From: an uncultured Acidobacteriota bacterium
GTDB taxonomy: Bacteria > Acidobacteriota > Vicinamibacteria > Vicinamibacterales > 2-12-FULL-66-21
Reading direction: 5' to 3'
NCBI GenBank assembly: GCA_963749835.1
Contig: CAVVOD010000001.1
Coordinates: 3,926,851-3,990,850, forward strand
DNA: 64,000 nt
Position numbers and translations under genes: made by a program
In this document: positions 27,511 through 37,711 of the stretch, one piece after another
How the letters are laid out: each line of letters begins with the position of its first letter
Position numbering within the stretch: the first letter of the stretch is position 1
The notes under the pieces: model-generated
Databases searched by the model: none
What the model saw: only the letters and a program-made list of their open reading frames with translations
What the model was told of the DNA's origin: nothing

Positions 27511-27600
27511 ATCGGGATTCGGGGCTCGGGACTCGGGAGTCGGGTTCGGGATTCGGCCGCTCCGTAGCCTCCGTCCGTAGCTTCCGCCTTCAGGCGGAAG
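27511..27600. repeat. G-rich heptamer array plus REP-like hairpin
   Basis: GGGATTCGGGGCTCGGGACTCGGGAGTCGGGTTCGGGATTCGG (27514-27556), then CGTAG repeats and the hairpin CTTCCGCC-TTCA-GGCGGAAG (27581-27600). Confidence 0.85.
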
Positions 27601-27687
27601 AGGACTCGGCGCAACTGCGGCGAGGCCCCGCGCGACGAAACATGCGTTCGTCGCGCGGGGCCGTCAGCTCCAGCGGTCCGGTGATCT

Positions 27688-28641
27688 CTACCCGCCCGCC
27701 GGCAGGCTGACGTTCAGCGTCACCGTTTCGCCCGCGCGGACGGTGAAGGTCGAGGAGTACGGCTTGAAGCCGTCCTTGCGAATCTCGATGCGATGCCGCC
27801 CCTCACTGACTTCGAGCGTCAGGCGATCCTCTCCTGCCGGCGTGTCCCACCGCTCGCCATCGATGAGCACCGTGGCGTCACCCGGCTGCACGCGAATCGC
27901 GACAGATCCGAAACGGTCCGTGTTGCGGTCAGCGTTGCGATCCGGATTCCGATCAGGATTTCGATCCGGACTGCGACCCGGGTTGCGATCCGGATACGGG
28001 CTGTTCGGCGGCGGCTCGCGACGGGCGGGCGCCTCGGCGGCCGCGCTCGGCGCCGGACGGGGCTCGGGTGCGTCGCCGGCAGCGAGCGGCTGCAGGACCT
28101 GCTTGATGTTGTAGGACTGGTACGGCCTGAACAGCATCTTTTCGTGGATGGTCCGGAAGCCTTCCCGATAGACGGAAATCTCATGCTCCCCGTACGGCAC
28201 GTGCAGCCGCTGGAACACGCCGTCGAAGTCGTTCACGTTGCCGACCAGGTAGCCGTCGATGTAGACCTCGGCCTCTTTCGGCGTCACCTGGATCCGCAAC
28301 TCTGAAGCGGGCTCGTAGAAGCGCCGCCCATACGGCGAGTACGGACCATACGGGCCGTATTGAGGGCCCCAGCCGAACCAGAAGGGGTCGTAGTAGTACG
28401 GGAAGTACGGGCGCGCATAGCCGTAGCCGTAGCTGCCGACGATGACCGTACGGACCGGCGCGCGGCGGACCACACGCCGCTGGGCGGCAGCATCAACCGG
28501 CCACATGGCGCCGACGAACGCGAGGCAGACCGGCACGAAAACGAGTAGACGATTCCTGGGAGTCACGAGTCCCTCCGAGCAGGCAGGCACATTCGATCCC
28601 AGCAAGGTAAGTGCCACTCTCCCATGCAGTTGGGGAAACAT
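27688..28641 (-). CDS. PEGA domain-containing protein
   Basis: 317 aa (start uncertain). Two PEGA-type domains (LRIQVTPKEAEVYIDGYLVG...; VAIRVQPGDATVLIDGERW...). Internal DRNP-type repeats (PDRNPGRSPDRNPDRNPDRNADRNTDR). Confidence 0.8.
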   Translation of the reverse strand: MFPQLHGRVALTLLGSNVPACSEGLVTPRNRLLVFVPVCLAFVGAMWPVDAAAQRRVVRRAPVRTVIVGSYGYGYARPYFPYYYDPFWFGWGPQYGPYGPYSPYGRRFYEPASELRIQVTPKEAEVYIDGYLVGNVNDFDGVFQRLHVPYGEHEISVYREGFRTIHEKMLFRPYQSYNIKQVLQPLAAGDAPEPRPAPSAAAEAPARREPPPNSPYPDRNPGRSPDRNPDRNPDRNADRNTDRFGSVAIRVQPGDATVLIDGERWDTPAGEDRLTLEVSEGRHRIEIRKDGFKPYSSTFTVRAGETVTLNVSLPAGG

Positions 28642-28912
28642 CGCCGCGAACCTGTTCCCCCGGGCGTGGGGGTTTCCGACAGCAGGATCCCGGGGTCAGA
28701 CGCGACCGGCGCCACCCTCGCGTACGTCATCCCGGAGGCACACCGGTGTCTGGGAGTGAGGACATTCCCCGCATGGGTCAGACCGGACAATGGGTAACTC
28801 GACGACCGGGGTCAGACCCGATCGCGACTTACGTACCTCGGCCACCCGTGCCCGCCGAGTGAAAAAACCGTGGCATCCGCGCGCCGGCGCGCTGCGGGGC
28901 TAGACTGATGAC

Positions 28913-29647
28913 ATGGTGGGAACTCAGGACTCGACCTCCGAAACACCGGGAGGCGGACGCGTGCTGGTCGTCGAAGACGACGTGCATATTCGCGATCTGG
29001 TGATGCTCCACCTGCAGCTCGAGGGCTTGACGGCTGTGGCGACGGGAACGGGCGGCGAGGGGCTGCGCCTCGCCAAGTCGGACCCGTTCGATTTGCTCAT
29101 CCTCGATGTCATGCTGCCCGAGCTCGACGGCGTGACGGTCTGCCGCGCCGTCCGGCGCGAGTCGATGAACGCCGACGTGCCGATCCTGATGCTCACGGCG
29201 CGCCGCGAAGAAGCGGACAAGGTCCTGGGCCTCGAAAGCGGCGCAGACGATTACCTCACGAAGCCGTTCGGCGTCCGCGAGTTCATCGCGCGCGTCCGCG
29301 CCCTGCTCCGCCGCCGGCCCTCGCGGGCCGCGGCCGGACGCGCCGCGGCGCTCGCCGGACCGCTCGTGGTCGATCCCGCACGCCGGCACGCGCGCCTGAA
29401 CGATCGCGAGATCGAGCTCACGGCGCATGAATTCGACCTCCTGTATCTCCTCGCGAGCAACAGGGGCATCGTCTTCAGCCGTGAAGCGCTGATGCAGAAG
29501 GTGTGGGGTGACGACACGCACATCACGGAGCGCAGCGTCGACACACTGGTCAAACGCGTACGTCGGAAGATCGAGGACGATCCCGCCGAGCCGGTCTTCG
29601 TCCTGACCGTCTGGGGCACGGGTTACAAGTTCGCAGACGTCTCCTGA
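28913..29647 (+). CDS. OmpR-family response regulator
   Basis: Receiver domain (VLVVEDDVHIRD...DLLILDVMLPELDG) plus winged-helix domain (LTAHEFDLLYLL...TVWGTGYKF). Confidence 0.9.
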   Translation: MVGTQDSTSETPGGGRVLVVEDDVHIRDLVMLHLQLEGLTAVATGTGGEGLRLAKSDPFDLLILDVMLPELDGVTVCRAVRRESMNADVPILMLTARREEADKVLGLESGADDYLTKPFGVREFIARVRALLRRRPSRAAAGRAAALAGPLVVDPARRHARLNDREIELTAHEFDLLYLLASNRGIVFSREALMQKVWGDDTHITERSVDTLVKRVRRKIEDDPAEPVFVLTVWGTGYKFADVS

Positions 29648-31185
29648 TGTCAGACCCTGTCTGGTATCGAAGTCTCTACTGGCGGATCGCGTTCGGGTTC
29701 ATCGCGCTGCTCGCGATCCTCCTCCTCGCGCAGGGAGTCCTGTTCCTCTGGCTCACCGATCGGTTCGTGGGTTCCTCCGCGCGCACACCGACGCAGCTGG
29801 CCAATCTGGTGGCCGCCGAGGTTGCGAACGGGCTCGAGCAGCACCCGGGCCTCGATGTCGAGGAGTTCGTGCGATCCCGCTTCTCACATATCTATCAGCC
29901 GTTTCTCGTCCTCTTGCGCGACGGCCGGCGGGGCTCGAACCGGGCGGCCGCGCTGCCGCCCGAGTTCGGCCGTGTGGCCATGTTCAGACTGCGCGGCGAG
30001 ACCGGACGAGGTGAAACCGGACGTGGCGAAGGCGGGCGTCCCGAAGCCGGACGGGGCGAGGCCGGACGCAGCGAGATCGGACGAGGCGAGCCCGGTCGGG
30101 GAGAGCCGTCAGGCCGGCGAGGGGGCCTGAGTTTCAGATTCCCCATCGAGTCTGCCCCCATCGTCGTCGGAGGCACGCAGGTCGGTGTCGCGGCCGTACC
30201 CGCAAACCCCCCACCCGTCTCGATGGCGCTCCAGGAGCTCGGCTCGACACTCAGCTGGTTCGGATTGGGGCTGCTGGGCGTCGGCGCCACGATCACGGCG
30301 CTCCTGATCTTCCGCCCGGCCCACAACCGGCTGCGCACGCTCGAGCAGGCGGCACGGGCGCTCGGAGAAGGACGCACGGACGTTCGCGCGACGGAGACTG
30401 GCGGCGACGAGGTGAGCTCCCTGGCCCGTACATTCAATCGCATGGCGGCGGACCTGGACAGCCGCGCTGCCGCGCTCACTGAATCCGATCGCGCACGGCG
30501 TCAGCTGCTCGCGGACGTCTCGCACGAGCTCATGACGCCGCTGTCCGCCATCCGCGGTTATGTCGAAACGCTCGGCATGGCTGAAGTGCCGCTTGATCAG
30601 CCAACGCGCCAGCGCTACCTCGGAATCGTGGAAGAGGAGACGCACAAGCTCGAAGCCATCATCGGCGACCTGCTGGATCTCGCGCGTCTCGAGGGCGGAG
30701 GGGACACGATCCGGCAGGTCCCCGTGTCGGTAGGCGATCTGTTCTCGCGCTTGTCGGACCGTCACCAGCCCGCGATGCGGGAGCGCGGCGTCGTGCTGGA
30801 ACGGACGATCGATCCGGGCACGCCCGACATCCGCGGAGACGCCGCACGCCTCGAGCAGGCGTTGCAGAACCTGGCGGCGAACGCGATCCGTCATACACCG
30901 CCGGGCGGACGGGTCACGCTCCACGCCTCACCGTTCGACGGCCGGGTCCGCATCGTCATCCGGGACACCGGCCCTGGCATTCCACCGGAGCACCTGCCGC
31001 GGATCTTCGATCGCTTCTACAAGGTGGACGCGTCGAGGGCAGGGACAGCTGTGCCCTCCGGCAGCGGTCTGGGCCTGTCGATCGTACGTGCGATCGTCGA
31101 GCGTCATGGCGGTACGGTGAGCGCGTCGAACGCGCCCGAAGGGGGCGCGGCGTTCGAGCTGATTCTCCCCGCGGACGTCGCGTGA
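29647..31185 (+). CDS. sensor histidine kinase (2 TM, HAMP, HisKA, HATPase_c)
   Basis: ATG overlaps the upstream TGA. H-box SHELMTPLSAIRGY, N-box QNLAANAIRHT, G-boxes DTGPGI and GSGLGLSI. The periplasmic loop carries about 8 G-R-G-E-x pentapeptide repeats (nt ~29992-30127). Confidence 0.9.
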   Translation: MSDPVWYRSLYWRIAFGFIALLAILLLAQGVLFLWLTDRFVGSSARTPTQLANLVAAEVANGLEQHPGLDVEEFVRSRFSHIYQPFLVLLRDGRRGSNRAAALPPEFGRVAMFRLRGETGRGETGRGEGGRPEAGRGEAGRSEIGRGEPGRGEPSGRRGGLSFRFPIESAPIVVGGTQVGVAAVPANPPPVSMALQELGSTLSWFGLGLLGVGATITALLIFRPAHNRLRTLEQAARALGEGRTDVRATETGGDEVSSLARTFNRMAADLDSRAAALTESDRARRQLLADVSHELMTPLSAIRGYVETLGMAEVPLDQPTRQRYLGIVEEETHKLEAIIGDLLDLARLEGGGDTIRQVPVSVGDLFSRLSDRHQPAMRERGVVLERTIDPGTPDIRGDAARLEQALQNLAANAIRHTPPGGRVTLHASPFDGRVRIVIRDTGPGIPPEHLPRIFDRFYKVDASRAGTAVPSGSGLGLSIVRAIVERHGGTVSASNAPEGGAAFELILPADVA

Positions 31186-31198
31186 CGACTCGCCGCTT

Positions 31199-31350
31199 CG
31201 TAGCTTCCGGCTTCAGCCTTCGCTGACGCTACGGCGGACCGCCGAAGCCCTGGCGGAGGCGGTCAGCCGGAAGGACGAAGGAGAGAGGACGCCTCGGAGC
31301 TTCCGCCGGCTCGTAGCTTCCGCCTCGTAGCTTCCGGCTTCAGCCGGAAG
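31199..31350. repeat. REP-like hairpin cluster (CGTAGCTTCCGGC...)
   Basis: Three CGTAGCTTCCG units. The perfect hairpin CTTCCGGC-TTCA-GCCGGAAG is at 31331-31350. Confidence 0.8.
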
Positions 31351-31731
31351 GGGACAGACTCCTACGCAGTGGGGATACGGTTGACACCGGTGGAAGGGGG
31401 ACGCACCGGCTTCTGGCGTTCCGACGGCAGGTGACGATTCGAGCCGGCACCCGCTGGTCGCGGCGAGACCGTTGCCGGACGGGTGTTCGCCGCTTCGTCC
31501 GGCCAGACGCTGCGGATGAGCACGCTGCCGCCGAACCCTACGAGACCGGCGAGCGGAAATGCGAGCAACGCCGTCCTCAGACGTCTCTGGCCGTACGGCG
31601 CCTGGCAATCATCCACGTGATAGTCCCTCCCCTGCTGTTCGAAGCCGCCGAAACCCCGCGTCCGGCTTTCAAGTATCAGACGACATCCGCGTGTCCGCGA
31701 CACGTCAGGTTCGTGACAAGTCTGTGACATC

Positions 31732-31788
31732 GAGCTATCAGCTATCAGCTGACAGCTAACAGCTGAGATTTGATAGCTGCCACCGGCT
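31732..31788. repeat. CAGCTNW heptamer / palindromic element
   Basis: agctatc agctatc agctgac agctaac agctgag with outer complementary arms AGCTATCA/TGATAGCT. Related to the element at 43661-43736. Confidence 0.65.
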
Positions 31789-31820
31789 AAACGGATTCGG
31801 AGGACGACGCGTAGTCCCTT

Positions 31821-34800
31821 GTGATGCGTCGCAAAGTCCCTTACACGCCCCGTCGCCGAAGCGATCCGTGGTGGGACGCGCTTCGTCTGACTCGCCTGAC
31901 CGCGATCTCCCTGGGCGGTGCACTCGCGTGCGCGTTCGCCACGCAACCGGTTCAAGGGCGGATGCAGCAGCCTTCCCCTCCCGGCGCCTGTCAGGTCACC
32001 GGTCGCGCGTCCGCCGGCACAACGCCCTTGCCGGGCGTCGCGGTGCTGGTCCGGGCTGGAGGCGCAGTGAAGGCCGCGACGTCCACGGACACGGATGGAA
32101 CGTTTCGACTGCTGGTCCCGGCCGGCAGCTTTGAAGTCACGGCCGAACTGACCGGGTTCGATCCCGTCGCGAAGCCGCTCACGATCGCCGATGCCGCGAC
32201 GCCGTGTACCCAGGCTGTCGACTTTCAACTGTCGCTCGCGCCGCGTGTGCCGCGAGCATCCGCCGGATCCGTCGCGGCCATCCCCGGTGCCGCCAGCGCT
32301 CCCGTTCAGCAGGGCCGCGGAGCTCCTCCGTCCGCTGGCGCGGCGGCTGTCGCGCAGCGCTTTGCGACGCTGAACGTTCAGACTCAGGCGGCTGCCGAGG
32401 CGGGGATCGAGGACGCTCCCGACAACGCGGCGCGGCTGCTCCTGCCGCCGGGTTTCTCGACCGAGGGACCGACGCAGGCGCTCGCAGTCAACGGCAGCAT
32501 GGCCAGTCTGGATCGCGGGACGCTGAACGATCGGCTCGAGGCCATCGGGCGGGGCGAGTTCAATCCGGCAACCGGAGAGTTCGGTGAGGGGTTCGGGCCG
32601 GGCGCCCGCGGCGGTTTCGGCGGCCCTGGTGGGCAGGGCGGACCGGGCGGCTTCGGCGGGGGTCGCGGAGGACCTGGCGGCGGCGACGGCGGCCCGGGAG
32701 GATTCGTGCTTGGCGGCCGCGGCCGATCGCAGAACGCATACAACCTCCAGTCGAACTATTCGTTCGGCGGCTCCGCGCTCGACAGCGCGCCGTATCAACT
32801 CACCCCCGGCTCGGACGAGCAGCAGCGTCCGTATTCGCGACAGACCTTCGGCGTCACGGTTGGCGGCCCCGTGCGCATCAAGGGGTTGTACAAAGGTGAC
32901 CGGCGCACGAACTTCACCGCCAGCTATTCAGCGACCCGCGGCGGAGATCTGTTCGATCAATATGCGACGGTCCCGAGCCTCGCGATGCGCAACGGGGATT
33001 TCTCGGCGACAACCGCGCAGCCGATTGATCCCGCGACTGGTCTTCCATTCGCCGGCCACCAGATCCCGGCCGCCCGGATGAACGCGGGATCGGTCGGGCT
33101 CCTCCGTTTCGTGCCGCTGCCCAACCTCGATGGGGACACCCGGAACTTCCATTACGTCGCCACCAACGCGACGACGTCGGACGGCATCAGCCTGCGAGTG
33201 ACGCACAACTTCACGCCGAATGCGGGAGGACGCGGCGCGGGCGGACGCGGCGGCGCGGGCGGCGCACGCGGCGGCTTTGGAGGACCCGGCGGACGGTTCG
33301 GCCGCGGACAGCAGCAGGGCACGAGTGTCAGCGTGACCGCCCAGCTGGCAGTACCGGAAAACCAGCAGCGACCAGAACAACGTCTTTCCGTCGCTTGCGG
33401 GTGAGACGACGGGATCGAGCCTGGCGATGCCGGTCACGCTCAACATCCAGCACAAGCGCACGAGCCACACCATCACGGCGAACTACTCGCGCACGGCATC
33501 GAACAGCCTGAATCAGTACACGTTCGTGGAGGACGTCGCGGGAGGCGCCGGCATCGGCGGCGTCTCGACCGATCCCTTCGACTGGGGTGTCCCGCAGCTC
33601 TCCTTCTCCAGTCTCTCGAGCGTGCGCGACGTGACACCGGTCAGGCGTACGGACTCGCGGCTCAGCCTCGGCTACGGCTGGACGAGACCGGTGACCACGC
33701 GCCACACGCTTCGGTTCGGCGGAGACGTCCGGCTCGATCGTTCCGACAACCAGACCGACGCGAATGCGCGCGGCGCATTCGTGTTCACCGGCCTGTACTC
33801 GTCGGGGGGAGTCGGCTCGACGCGGGGCGACGGCCTGGACTTCGCGGATTTCCTCCTCGGTCTGCCGCAGCAGGCCGCGGTGCAATACGGTCCCGGCAAT
33901 GTGCGGATGTCCGGGCGATCGCTCAGTGCGTACGTGCAGGACGACTGGCGTCGCACGAGCACGCTGACGTTCAACCTGGGCCTGCGCTACGAACTCATCG
34001 CCCCGTTCTACGAGCGCTCCGGACAGATGGCGAATCTGGATGTCGCCCCGGGATTCACCGCGGCGGTCCCGGTCATCTCCGCTGAAAGCGGACCGTTCCA
34101 CGGCGCGTTTCCCAAAGCGCTGCTCGACAGCGACACCAACAACATCGCTCCGCGGATCGGAATGGCCTGGCGGTTCAGACCGGGCACGATCCTGCGCGGC
34201 GGGTACGGGATCAGCTACAACTCCGGGTCGTACTCGACCATCGCCCGGCAGCTTGCCGGGCAGCCGCCGTTCGCCACGACGAACAACGCCATCGGCACGG
34301 CACTCCAGCCTCTCAACCTGTCCGATCCCTTTGCGGGCACGTCGGCGGGCGAGACCACGAACACCTACGGGGTCGACCCAGGCTACGCCCTCGGCCTCGT
34401 GCAGACGTGGAATGCGGATTTTTCCCGCGACATCAGGCAGGTCTGGAATCTCGGCGCAGGCTACACGGAAACGCGCGGCTCCAGCCTCGACATCGTCCGC
34501 GCGCCGAACCGGGGACCGGACGGACTGCGGATTCCCGGCGTGCAGCCGTTTCTCTGGCAGACGTCAGAGGGATCGTCCGTGCTCCATGCCGCAACGTTCC
34601 GGGCATCGCGACGGCCGGTCAGGGGGATTGGAGGCGGCGTCACCTACACGCTCGCCAAATCGAGAGACAACGCCTCCTCGATCGGCGGCGGCGGGACGAA
34701 CGTGGCGCAGGACGATCAGAATCTGGCTGCCGAGTGGGGACTCTCGAGCTTCGACCGCCGGCATCAGCTCTCGACGAATCTCAGCGTCGAGCTGCCGTTT

Positions 34801-35298
34801 GGTCCGAACCGCCGATGGCTCGCCCAGCCCGGCGTGTGGCAGACGCTGTTCCGTGACTGGCGCTTCACGAGCTCGTACGTGTGGCAATCGGGAACGCCGC
34901 TCACGCCGCGGGTGACGGGCGCAATCGCCGACGTCGCGCGCGGCACCAACGGCACGCTGCGTGCGAACTACGACGGCGACACCGTCGCGCTCGCGAATCC
35001 GACGATCGACAGGTTCTTCAACACCGACGCGTTCACCGTACCGCCGGCCGGCACGTTCGGCACCGCGTCACGGAACATGATCATCGGGCCGGGAAGCCGT
35101 CAGCTGAATGCGCAGTTCTCGCGCGACGTCCGGTTGTACGCGACGAGAGTCGTGAGCCTCCAGTTGAACGCCACCAACCTGCTCAACCAGGTCAACTACC
35201 TGGCCGTCGACACCGTCGTCAACTCGCCGACCTTCGGGCAGGTCCTGTCCGTTCGCGGGATGCGATCGATGCAGCTGAACCTGCGGGTCAGATTCTAA
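31821..35298 (+). pseudogene. TonB-dependent receptor-like OMP with CarboxypepD_reg N-domain, frame-disrupted (or assembly indel)
   Basis: ORFs 31821-33404 and 33427-35298. Shifting one base at ~33337-33350 restores ...SVSVTAQL|QYRKTSSDQNNVFPSLAGETTGSSLAMPVTLNIQHKRT... A stop at 33334-33336 in the downstream frame pins the site. Two GGFGG/GGPGG low-complexity inserts. C-terminus ends ...QLNLRVRF. Confidence 0.8.
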
Positions 35299-35334
35299 GG
35301 GACCCGCCCTGGCCGCTTCGCGGTTCAGGCGGGG

Positions 35335-35625
35335 AGATTGGGACTCGGGGCTCGGGACTCGGAAAATCGGGATTCGGGATTCGGGGCTCGGAAAATCGGG
35401 ATTCGAAAAACTCGGGAATCGAGATTCGGAATTCGGGACCCGTAGCTTCCGGCTTTAGCCGGAAGACGCGTATTCGGGATTCGGGGCTCGGGACTCGGGA
35501 CTCGCAAATTCGGAATCGGGAGGCGGGCAGCGGGACGCGCACTTTGGCACCGTGGCACTCTTGGCACATCGCACGTGCGTAGCACGTAGCACGTAGCACG
35601 TAGCACGTAGCACGTGATCCTGGCA
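35335..35625. repeat. composite repeat region (G-rich heptamers, hairpin, TGGCAC and GTAGCAC arrays)
   Basis: GGGA[CT]TC-type heptamers (35335-35440, 35471-35520), hairpin CTTCCGGC-TTTA-GCCGGAAG (35446-35465) preceded by CGTAG, TGGCAC x4 (35545-35620), and GTAGCAC x5 (35578-35612). Confidence 0.85.
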
Positions 35626-35633
35626 CCTGACTT

Positions 35634-37707
35634 ATGTCTTTACGTCTGCTGATCGTCTTCGTGGCCGCCGCAATTGCGGTCGCTGAACCTGTTCCGACCG
35701 CCCAGCAGCGGTCCGTGTTCAAGTCGGGCCGGGACGTCATCTCGGTGGACGTCGTCGTCCGCGACAAGTCCGGGGCCGTGGTCCGGGGGCTGACGGCGGC
35801 GGACTTCGAGGTCCGCGAAGACGGGCGGCCTCAGGACGTCGTCAGCTTCAGCTTCGAGGAGATCTCGACGAAGCCGCCCGCCGCGATCGAGTCGGCGGGC
35901 CTTCTTGCGGGCGTCGAAGCCACGATGGCGGAGGATGCCGGCCGCGCCGCGCCGGCGAAGCCCGCTGCGGCGCCCGTCCCCCTGACGTCCGATATGGTGG
36001 CGGGACGACGGCTCATCACGATCGTGTTCGACGTGAGCTCCATGCAGCCTGAGGACGTCCAGCGTGCGGTGGACGGCGCAACGAAGTATGTGAACGAGAC
36101 GATGAGCGCCGCCGATCTCGTCGCGGTCGCGACGATCGGATCGACACTCACCGGTACTGACGGACTTCACACCGGATCGCGCTGTCGTCGCTCGCGCGCT
36201 CGGGACGCTCGCGTACACCGAGGGCACCGCCACCGAGGCTCCTGCCGCCAGCACCACGGCGACAGACGAAGCGGCCGCCGCGGCGACGGACGATGAGACG
36301 AGCACCGACATCGCGGAGCTCGACATGTTCAACAACGACGTGCGGCTCCGCGCGTTGAAAACGCTCGCGGAGGCGATGTCCACCGTCGAACAGAAGAAAT
36401 CCATTCTCTATTTCAGCGCCGGCATGCAGCGCAGCGGCCAGGACAACCAGGTGGAGCTCAGATCCGCCATCAATGCGGCCGTCCGGGCGAACGTCGCCAT
36501 CTACGCGGTGGACACGCGGGGCCTGCAGGCGGTGGTTCCCGGCGGGGACGCGCGCCAGGCCAGCGGCCGCGGCACGGCGCTCTTCTCGGGACGCGGCGTG
36601 CAGCAGCAGTTCGCGCAGCTCGCGTCGTCGCAGGACACCCTGACGTCTCTGTCCGCCGACACAGGCGGCCGCGCCTTCACGGATTCGAACGACTTTGGCC
36701 AGGCCTTCGCGCGCGTGCAGCGGGACACGTCCGCCTACTACCTGCTCGGCTACAGCACCACGAACGCGGTCAAGGACGGGCGGTTCAGACGCATCCAGGT
36801 ACGGGTCAAGAATGGCGCGTATAAAGTCGAAGCCCGCGCCGGGTATTACGCGGATCGGGACTTCACCCACACCTCAAAGAACGATCGCGAGGCGCAGCTC
36901 GAGGAGCAGTTGTTCTCCGCCGTATCCGCGACGGACCTGCCCGTGATGGTCTCCGGAGGATGGTTCAGACTCGCGCCCGACAGATATTACGTGCCGATCG
37001 CGCTGACAGTCCCCGGCTCCGCGGTGCCCGTCGCCAACGAGACCGATCCTGTTTCTCTCGACGTACTCGGCTTCGTGAGAGACGAGCGCAACTTCCCTGT
37101 CGGCCGGTTCCGCGAAACGCTGAAACTGCCGCCGGGCACGGGCAAGACGCTCGCAGGCAAACAGATTCTGTATCAGTCTGGTGTGACGCTGCCGCCGGGA
37201 CGCTTCTCCGTCAAGGTCGTCGTCCGCGAGAACACGACCGGACAGGTGGGCTCGTTCGAAGCGCCGATCGTCGTTCCCGAGCTCAAACAGGCGGCGATGA
37301 AGGTCAGCTCGGTCGTGCTGAGCACGCAGGTGCAGCCCGCGGCAACAGGCAAGACCGACAATCCGCTCGTCCGCGACGGTGTCCAGCTTCTCCCGAACCT
37401 CACCCACGTCGTCGGCAAGGACCAGAAGCTGTACTTCTACTACGAGGTTTACGACCCGGGTCAAACCGGTGGATCGGCGCCTCAGCTCCGGACCAGCCTG
37501 GCGTTCTATCGGGGCCGGATCAAGGTCTTCGAGACCCCTGTCGTCGAGCGCACCACGATTGATGCGCCGGAGCGCCACGCGGCGCTCTTCCAGTTCGAGG
37601 TGCCCGCCGACTCCTTCACGCCGGGCCTCTATACGTGCCAGATCAACATCATCGACGCCGTGTCGGGTAAGTTCGAGTTTCCGCGCATGCTCTTCGCGGT
37701 CAGGTGA
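35634..37707 (+). pseudogene. VWA domain protein of the VWFA-related acidobacterial type, frame-disrupted (or assembly indel)
   Basis: ORFs 35634-36296 and 36325-37707. Shifting one base at ~36146-36156 restores ...VAVATIGSTLT|VLTDFTPDRAVVARALGTLAYTEG...DMFNNDVRLRALKTLAE... The N-terminus FKSGRDVISVDVVVRDKSGAVVRGLTAADFEVREDGRPQ is typical of this family. Confidence 0.8.
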
Positions 37708-37711
37708 GCGG

